Below are positions 22,563 through 31,320 of a stretch of DNA of 36,151 nucleotides, in pieces. The notes beneath the pieces were generated by a model, which was given only the letters and a program-made list of their open reading frames with translations, was not told where the DNA came from and ran no database searches. A program made the position numbers and the translations under genes. This DNA is from Candidatus Methylomirabilia bacterium. GTDB taxonomy: Bacteria; Methylomirabilota; Methylomirabilia; Rokubacteriales; CSP1-6. Location: positions 1-36,151 of the forward strand of contig JBGPXN010000032.1 in NCBI GenBank assembly GCA_041492755.1, read 5' to 3'. The first letter of the stretch is position 1; each line of letters begins with the position of its first letter.

Positions 22563-23222
22563 TCAGCGGACCCTGACGACCTGGCCGGTGGCAAGCCGGT
22601 ACACGGCCGGGACCACCACCAGCGACCCCGTCGTGACGGCCTTCCGGATGATATCGCTCTGCCCGGAAAGGTTGTCCGCGCTCTCGCGGGCGTTCTCCTC
22701 GACCGCGGTGGCCACCAGGTCGTCACCGGGCGCGCGCGCCTGAGCCTTTTCCACCGCGGGCGCGATGCGCCGTACGATCGCGTCGAGATTCGGACTGTGC
22801 ATCGGTCCGCCGGCGGCGGCGGCGGACACCGCGCCGCAGCGATCGTGGCCGAGGACGACGAGGAGCCGCGTGGGCAGGTGCTCCACCGCGTACTCGATGC
22901 TGCCGAGAGCGACGGCGTCGGCGACGTTGCCCGCGGTCCGGATCACGAACAGATCGCCGAGTCCCTGGTCGAAGACGAGCGTCGGGCTCACCCGGCTGTC
23001 CGAGCAGCCGAGCACGATGACGTTTGGCTGTTGACCCTGGACGAGCTTCTGCCGGGTGGCCGGGAGAGACCGCACGCGGAGCTTGCCGGCCATGAATCGC
23101 CGGTTACCCTCCATCAGCTGCGACCACAGGCCGGCGGCCGATCCGGCGTCGGCGGCGAGCGCGGGCCGGACGGCGGCGAGCGCCGCCACGCCGGCGCAGA
23201 AATGGCGACGCGTGAGCAGCAT
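22563..23222 (-). CDS. Tat-exported beta-class carbonic anhydrase
   Basis: TRRHF twin-arginine signal, LMEGNRRF, CSDSRV, RTAGN, GHDRCGAV zinc ligands. Confidence 0.93.
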   Translation of the reverse strand: MLLTRRHFCAGVAALAAVRPALAADAGSAAGLWSQLMEGNRRFMAGKLRVRSLPATRQKLVQGQQPNVIVLGCSDSRVSPTLVFDQGLGDLFVIRTAGNVADAVALGSIEYAVEHLPTRLLVVLGHDRCGAVSAAAAGGPMHSPNLDAIVRRIAPAVEKAQARAPGDDLVATAVEENARESADNLSGQSDIIRKAVTTGSLVVVPAVYRLATGQVVRVR

Positions 23223-23228
23223 GCGACG

Positions 23229-23512
23229 TCAGCTCTTGTGCTTCGCGCGCGCCTTCTTCACGAACGACATGTCGACCGCCCTGCATACGGGATGGGTTGC
23301 TCCACCGCCAGCGGGAGCCACACCTTCATGCCGTTGTCGTCGTCCTTCTCCTTCGCGGCGAGATGCCGCGCATCCACGACGGTGGACACGCTGTGCGAGA
23401 CGGTGATGGGTGTTGCGGCTTGAGCGAATGCCGGCCCACGGTTGCCAGTCACGAGGACAGCGGCCCCGGCCGAACCGGCGGCGCGCAGAAATTGGTGACG
23501 GGTCCAGGTCAT
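23229..23512 (-). pseudogene. Internally deleted, frameshifted ABC substrate-binding protein (NitT/TauT-like)
   Basis: GGAGG RBS; Tat-like leader MTWTRHQFL...AFAQA and first strand ITVSH, then a C-terminal-like VWLPLAVEQPIPY and, in another frame, AVDMSFVKKARAKHKS*. Confidence 0.6.
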
Positions 23513-23539
23513 CTTGATCCTCCCATGAGCAGTGTGCCG

Positions 23540-23568
23540 AGTGTAGGGGGCGGACTCCAGCCTGTCAA
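23540..23568 (-). promoter_or_regulatory. Sigma70-type promoter for the minus-strand block
   Basis: Minus strand TTGACA (23568-23563), 17-bp spacer, TACACT (23545-23540). Confidence 0.75.
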
Positions 23569-23578
23569 TCGCAACACA

Positions 23579-23608
23579 TTGACAGCATTGAGAATTTTGG
23601 CCTATCAT
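23579..23608 (+). promoter_or_regulatory. Sigma70-type promoter for the yicC operon
   Basis: TTGACA (23579-23584), 18-bp spacer, TATCAT (23603-23608). Confidence 0.7.
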
Positions 23609-23670
23609 CCGGAGATGGTCGTGTCCGGTTTTCCCCCCCGTGGCCCCCGTGTCTCCGCCGGAGTCCGTCC

Positions 23671-24555
23671 ATGATCCGGAGCATGACGGGTTTCGGCCAC
23701 GCCGAGATCGCCGACGAGGGGTTCACCGTCACCGTGGAAGCGCGCTCGGTGAACCATCGCCACCTCGATCTGGCGCTGCGCCTGCCCGCCGCGCTCGCCG
23801 GTCTGGAAGCGGAAGCGCGCCGGCTCGTCCAGTCGCGCATCGAACGCGGTCGGATCGACGTCGCGGTTCAAGTCGAGCCGGTGACGGCTCCCGGACCGGC
23901 AAGCGTGCGGGTCGACACGGAGCTCGCGCGTCGCTACGTCGACGAGGCACGGGCGCTGGCCGCGGACCTCGGCCTGGTTGACGACGTCGGTGTCGGATGG
24001 ATTCTGGGACGTCCGGGCGTCATGGTGACGGAAGAAACGGCGGCGCCCGACGCGGACACGACGTGGCCGCTCGTGCGCGAGGCGCTCGCTCGCGCCCTCG
24101 ATGAGCTGACCGGCCGACGCGCGGCGGAAGGCGCCATGCTCGGCGCCGAGCTCCGGGCGCTGGGCGCGGAGCTGGGTGCGCTGCTGCCCGCGATGGCCGC
24201 GCGCGCCCCGCTGACGGCGGCGCGACGGACCGAGCGGCTGCGCGAGCGCATGCGCTCGATGCTCGGCGAGGCCGGCATCGACGAGGCGCGGATCGTCGCC
24301 GAGGTCGCGGCGTGGGCGACGAAGACGGACGTGACCGAAGAGCTGGCGCGGCTGCGTGCCCACCTGGAGGAGTTCGGTCTCAAGCTCGACAAGGGGGGAC
24401 CAATGGGCCGACCGCTGGACTTCCTGATCCAGGAGATGCACCGCGAGGTGAACACAATCGGGGCCAAGGCCGACGACCTCGAGCTGAGTCAGGCCGCCCT
24501 CGCCGCCAAAGGTGTGCTGGAGAAGATCCGCGAGCAGATCCAGAACCTCGAATAG
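23671..24555 (+). CDS. yicC: YicC/YloC family endoribonuclease
   Basis: MIRSMTGFG, RSVNHRHLD, DVTEELARL..H, LDFLIQEMHREVNTIG.K, EKIREQIQNLE. Confidence 0.95.
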   Translation: MIRSMTGFGHAEIADEGFTVTVEARSVNHRHLDLALRLPAALAGLEAEARRLVQSRIERGRIDVAVQVEPVTAPGPASVRVDTELARRYVDEARALAADLGLVDDVGVGWILGRPGVMVTEETAAPDADTTWPLVREALARALDELTGRRAAEGAMLGAELRALGAELGALLPAMAARAPLTAARRTERLRERMRSMLGEAGIDEARIVAEVAAWATKTDVTEELARLRAHLEEFGLKLDKGGPMGRPLDFLIQEMHREVNTIGAKADDLELSQAALAAKGVLEKIREQIQNLE

Positions 24556-24568
24556 TGGAGACCATTCC

Positions 24569-24841
24569 GTGAGCCGATCCACGACGCATCTGGTCAACGT
24601 CGGCCACGGCAACGTGGTCGTGGCCAGTCAAATCGTGGCGATCGTGGGACTCGACTCGCTGCCCGTGAAGCGACTCATCAACAGGGCCAAGGCGAGCATG
24701 AAGCTGGTGGACGCGACGAACGGCCGCCGCACCCGCGCGGTCATCGTGACGGAGAGTGACCACTTGATCCTGTCGTCGCTCGAACCGGCCACCCTGGCCC
24801 AGCGCCTGGGCAACGGCCGTGGCGAAGCCGCCGGTGATTAA
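24569..24841 (+). CDS. remA: RemA / DUF370 family protein
   Basis: LVNVGHGNVV, S.PVKRL, LVDATNGRRTRAVIVT; conserved yicC-remA-gmk order. Confidence 0.88.
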   Translation: MSRSTTHLVNVGHGNVVVASQIVAIVGLDSLPVKRLINRAKASMKLVDATNGRRTRAVIVTESDHLILSSLEPATLAQRLGNGRGEAAGD

Positions 24842-25463
24842 TCGGCGGGGCACGCTGTTCGTGGTGTCCGCGCCATCGGGCGCCGGCAAGACCACGCTCT
24901 GCCGGGAGGCGCGCGGCCTGGTCCCCGACCTCGCCTACTCGGTCTCGTGCACGACGCGCCCGCCGCGCATGGGCGAGATCGATGGCACCGATTTCCATTT
25001 CGTGACCGAAGCGGAGTTCCGCGCCCTGCGCGAGCGCGACGAGTTCGCGGAGTGGGCGGTCGTCCACGGCAATCTGTACGGTACGCGCGCGCGCCTCCTG
25101 GAGGCCGCGCTCGCCGGTGGCAACGACGTGCTGCTCGACATCGACACCCAGGGCGCGGCCCAGCTCCGCCGCCGCTATCCGCACGCGGTGCTGATCTTCA
25201 TCATGCCGCCCTCGATGGCCGAGCTGACCCAGCGGCTGCGCGAGCGGCGCTCGGATGCCGCCGCCGACATCGACCGGCGGCTCGCGCGGGCCCGGGAAGA
25301 AGTGCGGCGGTGGCGGCAGTACGACTATCTCGTGGTGAATCGCGACCTCAAAGAGGCGGTGGAGCAGCTCACGGCGATCATCCAGGCCGAGCGCTGCCGC
25401 ACCCGCCGCCTGACCCTCAACATCCCCGATCTCGACATTTCAGAACCGGAGGCAGACGGCTGA
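24819..25463 (+). CDS. gmk: Guanylate kinase
   Basis: SAPSGAGKTT, SVSCTTRPPR.GE.DG, HGNLYGT, LDIDTQGA; alternative start GTG 24834. Confidence 0.96.
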   Translation: MAKPPVINRRGTLFVVSAPSGAGKTTLCREARGLVPDLAYSVSCTTRPPRMGEIDGTDFHFVTEAEFRALRERDEFAEWAVVHGNLYGTRARLLEAALAGGNDVLLDIDTQGAAQLRRRYPHAVLIFIMPPSMAELTQRLRERRSDAAADIDRRLARAREEVRRWRQYDYLVVNRDLKEAVEQLTAIIQAERCRTRRLTLNIPDLDISEPEADG

Positions 25464-25678
25464 TGGCATTCCCCTCGCTCGAAGACGCGCTCAACAAGGT
25501 ATCCAACCGTTACATGCTCGTCGTGCTCGCCGCCAAGCGTTCCCGGCAAATCAACCGCGGGGCGGTGCCGCGGGTGGAGACCAAGCACAAGAAGCCGACG
25601 AGCACGGCGCTGGAAGAAGTCGGCGCCGGCAAGGTCGAGTTCCGCGTGAAGGAGGACCCCGAGGCCACCAAGGCGTGA
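25463..25678 (+). CDS. rpoZ: RNA polymerase omega subunit
   Basis: PSLEDAL.KV.NRYMLVVLAAKRSRQI...KP...ALEEV; TGATG overlap with gmk. Confidence 0.93.
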   Translation: MAFPSLEDALNKVSNRYMLVVLAAKRSRQINRGAVPRVETKHKKPTSTALEEVGAGKVEFRVKEDPEATKA

Positions 25679-26901
25679 TGACGACGCTCGCGGGTCGGGA
25701 GCTCATCCTCGGCGTCAGCGGGTCCATCGCCGCTTACAAGGCGGTGTACCTGCTGCGCGAGCTCACGCGTCTGGGGGCGGGCGTCACCGTTTGCCTCACC
25801 GCGCACGCCCGCGAGTTCGTCGCGCCCCTCACCTTCCGCACGCTGTCGGGCCGGCCCGTGCTGGAGAATCTCTTCGACCCGCAGAGTCCGGACGCGGTCG
25901 AGCACGTCGCGCTCGCCGAGCGCGCGGACGCCGTCATCGTCGCCCCGGCCACGGCGAACGTCCTCGCCAAGGCCGCGCACGGACTTGCCGATGATTTCCT
26001 GGGCACGCTCCTGCTGGCCGCGCGCGGGCGTGTGCTGGTGGCGCCGGCCATGGACGGCGGCATGTGGGACCACCCCGCCGTGGTCGCGAACGTTGCGATG
26101 CTCCGTCAGCGTGGTGTCACGGTGCTGGAGCCGGATAGGGGAGCCCTCGCCTCGGGGCTGAGTGGCAAGGGTCGGCTGCCGGAGGTCGACGCGATCGTCG
26201 CCGCGCTGCTCGGGTTGCTCACTCCCGAGCGCGATCTCGCCGGCGACCGCGTGCTCGTCACCGCGGGGCCGACGCGCGAGCCGATCGATCCCGTGCGCTA
26301 CATCTCCAATCGCTCGTCGGGAAAGATGGGCTACGGGCTGGCCGCGGCCGCGCACCGCCGCGGCGCCGCCGTCACCCTCGTGTCGGGTCCCACCGCCATC
26401 GCGCCGCCGGCGGGGGTGGTCTTCGTCCCGGTGCAGACGGCGGAGGACATGCGCGAGGCGGTGCTCCAGCACCTGTCGGCGGCGACCATCCTCGTGAAGG
26501 CGGCCGCCGTCGCCGACTATCGCGTGAAGCACGTCTCCGCGACGAAGATCAAGGGCAAACGGGAGCTCACGCTCGAGCTCACCCCGAATCCCGACATTCT
26601 CAAGGAAGCGGCGGGGCGCCGGACCGGGGCGTTCATCGTCGGGTTCGCCGCCGAGACGCACGACGTCGAGGCCAACGCGCACGCCAAGCTCGCCGACAAG
26701 GGCGTCGACCTGCTCGTCGTCAACGACGTGAGCCGGCACGACATCGGCATGGAGGCGGACGACAACGAGGTCCTGCTCCTCGATCGCTGGGGCGGACGGC
26801 AGCCCCTGCCGCGCATGGTCAAGACCGCGGTGGCCGACGCGATCCTCTCCCACGTCGTCTCGCTCCGCGCGGCGCGCGCCGCCGACCGGGTGGCGCGCTG
26901 A
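25675..26901 (+). CDS. coaBC: Phosphopantothenoylcysteine decarboxylase/ligase
   Basis: GVSGSIAAYKA, APATAN, APAM, VTAGPTREPIDPVRYISNRSSGKMG, VGFAAET. Confidence 0.97.
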   Translation: MMTTLAGRELILGVSGSIAAYKAVYLLRELTRLGAGVTVCLTAHAREFVAPLTFRTLSGRPVLENLFDPQSPDAVEHVALAERADAVIVAPATANVLAKAAHGLADDFLGTLLLAARGRVLVAPAMDGGMWDHPAVVANVAMLRQRGVTVLEPDRGALASGLSGKGRLPEVDAIVAALLGLLTPERDLAGDRVLVTAGPTREPIDPVRYISNRSSGKMGYGLAAAAHRRGAAVTLVSGPTAIAPPAGVVFVPVQTAEDMREAVLQHLSAATILVKAAAVADYRVKHVSATKIKGKRELTLELTPNPDILKEAAGRRTGAFIVGFAAETHDVEANAHAKLADKGVDLLVVNDVSRHDIGMEADDNEVLLLDRWGGRQPLPRMVKTAVADAILSHVVSLRAARAADRVAR

Positions 26902-27593
26902 CGAACGATCCACGCGCGGAGCTGGCCGACACCCTCGGGGCCCTCAGCGCGACGCTGCGAACCTACCGCGATCTCGGACTCGCCGAAGTGGCGCTCGGTG
27001 GCGATTACCTCCTCGGACCAGCGGCCGCGCTCCGCGCCCAGGAAGCCGCGCTGCAGGGCTGCCGGCGCTGCAAGCTGTGCGAGGCGCGCAACACGATCGT
27101 GTTCGGCACCGGCAATCCGCAGGCGGAGCTGGTCGTCATCGGCGAAGGCCCGGGCGCCGACGAGGACGCGCAGGGCAAGCCGTTCGTGGGCCGCGCCGGT
27201 GAGCTGCTCACCAGGATGCTGGCCGCCCGCGGCGTAGAGCTCTCCCGTGACGAAGTGTTCATTACAAATGCCGTGAAGTGCCGCCCACCCGGGAATCGGA
27301 ATCCCGAGCCGGAGGAACTCGCCGCGTGCGCGCCGTTCCTCAACGCGCAGCTCGCCACGCTGCAGCCCAAGGTCGTCCTCGCGCTCGGGCGCGTCGCCGC
27401 CCAGGCGCTGCTCGCCACCAAGGAGCCGATCGGCGCCCTTCGAGGCAAGATCCATCCGTACCGGGGCGGCGTGCTCATCCCGACGTTCCATCCGGCGTTC
27501 CTGCTCCGCAACCCCGGCCCGGAGTACAAGCGCATGGCCTGGGACGATTTGAAGCTCGCCCGTCGCGAGTACGACGCCCGCCGAACCCGCTGA
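26898..27593 (+). CDS. Family 4 (Fe-S) uracil-DNA glycosylase; possible CTG start at 26898
   Basis: CRRC.LC, IGEGPG..ED, PFVGRAG, KCRPP.NR.P, HPA. Frame is open and helix-like back to the CTGA overlap with the coaBC stop; ORF-track start is 26988. Confidence 0.9.
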   Translation: MTNDPRAELADTLGALSATLRTYRDLGLAEVALGGDYLLGPAAALRAQEAALQGCRRCKLCEARNTIVFGTGNPQAELVVIGEGPGADEDAQGKPFVGRAGELLTRMLAARGVELSRDEVFITNAVKCRPPGNRNPEPEELAACAPFLNAQLATLQPKVVLALGRVAAQALLATKEPIGALRGKIHPYRGGVLIPTFHPAFLLRNPGPEYKRMAWDDLKLARREYDARRTR

Positions 27594-27642
27594 GCGGTGT
27601 GGCGAAGTCCACGCGCCCGCGGGCACGCATGAGCCCTCGAGC

Positions 27643-29562
27643 GTGATCGCCGACGTCGTGTTCGACGTGCCCGTCGATCACCCGTTCTCGTACCGCGTCC
27701 CCGCCGAGCTGACCGTCGCGCCGGGGCAGCGTGTCTACGCGCCACTCCGCGGGGCGGCCCGGCTCGGCATGGTGGTCGCGGTCAGGGACGGCGACGAGGC
27801 AGGCCTCAAGCCACTGCAGCGGGTGGCGGAGCCCCGGCCACTCGTCTCGCCGGCGGCGCTCGAGCTCGCCAGCTGGATCGCGGCGGAGAGTCTCTCCAGC
27901 CCGGGGTCCACGGCGTTGTCATTGCTGCCACCGCCGGTGGCGGCCCACGGAAGCGGAGCGCCGCCGGGCGGCGCCACGGACGCCGACACCGACCCCAACG
28001 ACGCGGACCTGGCCAACCCCGCGCGCCAGCGTGATGCGAACGCCGCCGGCGCCGAAACGGCCACGGTGGCCGGCGCGGAGCGTGCGATCGAGTCGCGCCC
28101 GCTGCTGCTGACCGGCGCCGGCCGCGAGAGCCGGGCGCTCGAGCGACTCGCACGCGGATCGGCGCCGGCGCTCGTCATCGTGCCCGACGGCGACAGCGCG
28201 GCGCGGTGGGCGCAACGGCTGGCGAAGATCGACGGCGTCGGCCGCTTCGACTCCGGTGTCTCCGAGCGCGACCGGGCGGCGGCGTGGCGTGGCCTGGCCG
28301 GCGGTGCGCTCCGATTCGCGGTCGGTACGCGCTCGGCGCTGCTGGCGCCGCTGCCCCCCGGCGCCGTCGTCACGGTCGTCGACGAGCACGAGCCGCTGCA
28401 CAAGCCGCCCGGACCGCCGCGGATCCACGCGCGCGACGTGGCGCTGGCCCGCAGCACGCGCGAGGCGCTCAGCGTGCTCCTGCCCACGGCGACACCGAGC
28501 GTGGAGATGTGGTGGCGCGCCGACAGCGCGCGCGCGCGTCTGGAGGCGGGGCCGTTGGCGACGTGGCCGGAGATCACCATCGCCGATACGCGCGGCATCG
28601 CCCGGCGCGAGGCATTGACGCCGGCGCTCTCCCGCGCCATCCGCGAAAGCCTCGCCGGCGGCCGCCGCGTGTTCCTGGCCGTCGCGCGCCTGCGCTCGGC
28701 GCTGGGCTGCGACGAGTGCGGCGTGATCGTGAGGTGCGAGCAGTGCGCGGTGGCCCTCGCCTATTCGCCGGCGGGCCGCCGGCTCGACTGCCGCCTGTGC
28801 GGCGCCAGCGTCGCGCTACCGGAGACGTGCCCGCAGTGCCGCGGCCCGCGGCTCACCCCGTTCGGCTGGGGTGCGGAGCGCGTGGAGCACGCGGTCCGGC
28901 GCCGCTTCTCCCGCGCGAACATCGTGCGTTACGACCCGGACGCCGCGCGGGGCGCGCGGGGCGAGGCGCAAAAGAAGGCGGCGCTGAGCGCTGACGTCGT
29001 GATCGGCACGCGCGGCGCGCTCCGCCTGTTCGGCCCGGCCAGCCTCGGCGTCGCCGGATTCGTCTCGCTGGATCAGGTCCTGGGTCTGCCGGACTTCCGG
29101 GCTGCCGAGCGGACGTTCGCGCTCGTGTGGGCGGCCGCCGAGCGGGTGCGCCCCGACGGCGCGCTGGTCCTGCAGTCGCAGAACCCGACGCACTACGCGC
29201 TCGAAGCGGTGACGCGCCAGGACCTCACCGTCTTCTACCGCAGCGAGCTGAAGTTCCGCGCCGAGCTGGGCTACCCGCCGTTCCGCCGGCTCGCCGTGCT
29301 CAGCGTGGGCGGCCGGGACGCCGCGCTTCGTGCCACCACCACGGCCCGGCTCGCCGACGCCCTCCGCGGCGACCCGGCCTTCGCCGTCTACGTGCTCGGC
29401 GCGGACAAACGCTCGCGGGCCGACCGGATCGTCGTGAAGGGCCCGGCCGACCTGCCGCCGCGGCTCGCGCGCATCCTCGCGGACGCGCCGGCCACGCCGG
29501 CCGGGGCGAAAAGTCGCGGTATCATAGAGGTCGAGGTGGATCCCGTCGAATGGCCGTTCTGA
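27643..29562 (+). CDS. priA: Primosomal protein N' with degenerate helicase motifs
   Basis: N-terminal 3'-binding domain (FSYRVP...GQRVYAPL), 8-Cys zinc region, PDFRAAER, YPPF; located just upstream of def-fmt. Confidence 0.85.
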   Translation: MIADVVFDVPVDHPFSYRVPAELTVAPGQRVYAPLRGAARLGMVVAVRDGDEAGLKPLQRVAEPRPLVSPAALELASWIAAESLSSPGSTALSLLPPPVAAHGSGAPPGGATDADTDPNDADLANPARQRDANAAGAETATVAGAERAIESRPLLLTGAGRESRALERLARGSAPALVIVPDGDSAARWAQRLAKIDGVGRFDSGVSERDRAAAWRGLAGGALRFAVGTRSALLAPLPPGAVVTVVDEHEPLHKPPGPPRIHARDVALARSTREALSVLLPTATPSVEMWWRADSARARLEAGPLATWPEITIADTRGIARREALTPALSRAIRESLAGGRRVFLAVARLRSALGCDECGVIVRCEQCAVALAYSPAGRRLDCRLCGASVALPETCPQCRGPRLTPFGWGAERVEHAVRRRFSRANIVRYDPDAARGARGEAQKKAALSADVVIGTRGALRLFGPASLGVAGFVSLDQVLGLPDFRAAERTFALVWAAAERVRPDGALVLQSQNPTHYALEAVTRQDLTVFYRSELKFRAELGYPPFRRLAVLSVGGRDAALRATTTARLADALRGDPAFAVYVLGADKRSRADRIVVKGPADLPPRLARILADAPATPAGAKSRGIIEVEVDPVEWPF

Positions 29563-30074
29563 GCGTCCGGAAGTATGGCGACCCCGTGTTGCGACGCAAG
29601 GCGGAGCCGGTGGGAAAGATCACCCCCGAGCTGCGCCGGATCGTCGCCGACATGATCGACACGATGTACGACGAGGTCGGCGTCGGGCTCGCCGCGCCCC
29701 AGGTCGGTATCTCGCTGCGCCTCATGGTGGTCGGCGCCGACCCCAAGCGTGAGCCGCAGGCGCTGCTCAACCCCCGCATCACCGAGCAGTCGGGGCTGGT
29801 GACGGCGGAGGAGGGCTGCCTGTCCATTCCGGGGATCTTTGCGGACGTCACGCGCGGCGCGCGGGTGCGCGTGGAAGCCACCGACCTCGAGGGCATGCCC
29901 GTATCCCTGGACGCGAGCGGCCTCTTCGCCCGCGTGCTGCAACACGAGATGGATCACCTCGACGGTGTCCTCTTCATCGACCGGCTGGACCCGGTGACGC
30001 GGGACCGCATCAAGCGCCGGATCAAGAAGGAAGGGTTCCCCGAGGACGCGCCGCACCGCGCTTTCGCGCTCTGA
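29550..30074 (+). CDS. def: Peptide deformylase
   Basis: GVGLAAPQVG, EGCLS, QHEMDHLDG; ATG 29550 after GAGGTGG. Confidence 0.97.
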   Translation: MAVLSVRKYGDPVLRRKAEPVGKITPELRRIVADMIDTMYDEVGVGLAAPQVGISLRLMVVGADPKREPQALLNPRITEQSGLVTAEEGCLSIPGIFADVTRGARVRVEATDLEGMPVSLDASGLFARVLQHEMDHLDGVLFIDRLDPVTRDRIKRRIKKEGFPEDAPHRAFAL

Positions 30075-30290
30075 TGACGTGGGGGGCCCCGATATGGCTC
30101 CCCACACCCCCCCACGCTCGGCAGCGCCCCGGGGAACCCGGGGCGCGCCTCGGCCTCGCTCGCCGGTTCCGCGGGGGCCCCGATATGGCCCGCTTGATTG
30201 AAAAGGGGGCCTCGAAGGGCCCCCTTTACCCCCGAGCGCTCGACGGTCCCGGGGCAACCCCGGGGCCGTCTCGATACCCCGGGGCGCTCA
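30075..30290 (-). repeat. Cluster of dispersed double-hairpin repeat copies (one full, one partial, one variant)
   Basis: Reverse complement of ~30081-30152 matches the 21889 copy (cgaggcgcgccccggg...ggggcgct.ccgagcg.gggggggt.tgggg.gccatatcggggcccccc); partial gggggccccgatatggccc near 30173-30191; variant aaaagggggcctcgaagggccccctttaccccc near 30201-30233. Confidence 0.85.
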
Positions 30291-30321
30291 TCGTTCTGCG
30301 TCACTCGGACGGGCTCGGCGC

Positions 30322-31320
30322 CTGAAGGTTCTCTTCTACGGCACGCCCGTGTTCGCCCTGCCGACGCTCGGCGCCCTTCTGCGCGCGCACGAGGTCGTCG
30401 CCGTCGTCACCCAGCCCGATCGTCCTGCCCACCGCGGCCAGCATCTGACGCCGTCCCCCGTGAAAGTGCGCGCCGAGCGCGCCGGGCTGCCGGTGCTCCA
30501 GCCGCTACGGCTCCGGGAGCCGGGCTGGGCCGACCGCCTCCGCGCGCTCGGCGCCGACGTCGCCGTCGTCATCGCCTTCGGCCAGATCCTTCCCGTCGAC
30601 GTGCTGGCTGCCCCCGCCCGTGGCTCGATCAACGTGCACGCGTCGCTGCTGCCGCGGTATCGCGGCGCCGCGCCGATCGCGTGGGCGATCATGCGCGGCG
30701 AGACGACGACGGGCATCACCACCATGCAGATGGACGCCGGCATGGACACCGGCGACATGCTGCTCGCGCGCGCCACTCCGATCGGTTCCGAGGAGACGGC
30801 GGGTGAGCTGTCGGACCGGCTCGCCGCGCTCGGCGCAGACGTGCTCATCGAGACACTTGCGACCCTCGACACGCTGGCTCCGACGCCGCAGCGTCACGAG
30901 GAGGCCACGCTGGCACCCCGGTTGATCAAGGCTCACGGCGCACTCGACTGGAGCCAGCCGGCCACCGCGCTGGCGAACGCGATCCGGGGCTGCAATCCGT
31001 GGCCGGGCGCGCACACGGCGACGCCGCGCGGGATGCTGACCATCTGGCGCGCGCGCGCGGTGACCGCCCGTGCTTGCGCACCGGACGCGCCCATCGCGGG
31101 CACGGTCGCATCGCGCGACACGCTCCCATCGCCGGCCACGCCCGCCGCGCCGGGGACGCTCGTCGCCACCGGCCAGGCCGGCGGTGTCCCCGCCATCGCC
31201 ACCGGTGACGGCGCACTCCTGCCGCTCGAAGTGCAGGCCGAGAACCGGCGCGCCGTGAGCTGGGAGGAATACCTGCGCGGTGCGCGGCTCGCCGCGGGCA
31301 CCCGTCTCGGGACGTCATGA
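30322..31320 (+). CDS. fmt: Methionyl-tRNA formyltransferase; probable CTG start
   Basis: CTG-KVLFYGTPVFA matches the Fmt N-terminus (MRIVFMGTPEFA); VVTQPD, INVHASLLPRYRGAAPI, MDTGD, NPWPGA. Confidence 0.94.
   Translation: MKVLFYGTPVFALPTLGALLRAHEVVAVVTQPDRPAHRGQHLTPSPVKVRAERAGLPVLQPLRLREPGWADRLRALGADVAVVIAFGQILPVDVLAAPARGSINVHASLLPRYRGAAPIAWAIMRGETTTGITTMQMDAGMDTGDMLLARATPIGSEETAGELSDRLAALGADVLIETLATLDTLAPTPQRHEEATLAPRLIKAHGALDWSQPATALANAIRGCNPWPGAHTATPRGMLTIWRARAVTARACAPDAPIAGTVASRDTLPSPATPAAPGTLVATGQAGGVPAIATGDGALLPLEVQAENRRAVSWEEYLRGARLAAGTRLGTS

Noticed and set aside
23671..27593. yicC-remA-gmk-rpoZ-coaBC-udg order as a novelty
   Set aside because: This arrangement is a widespread housekeeping cluster.
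29500..29530. Internal promoter for def (TATCAT) within the priA 3' end
   Set aside because: No convincing -35 or extended -10.
31060..31170. Pro/Ala-rich insertion in the Fmt C-terminal domain
   Set aside because: No similarity to the repeat family; looks like ordinary linker expansion.
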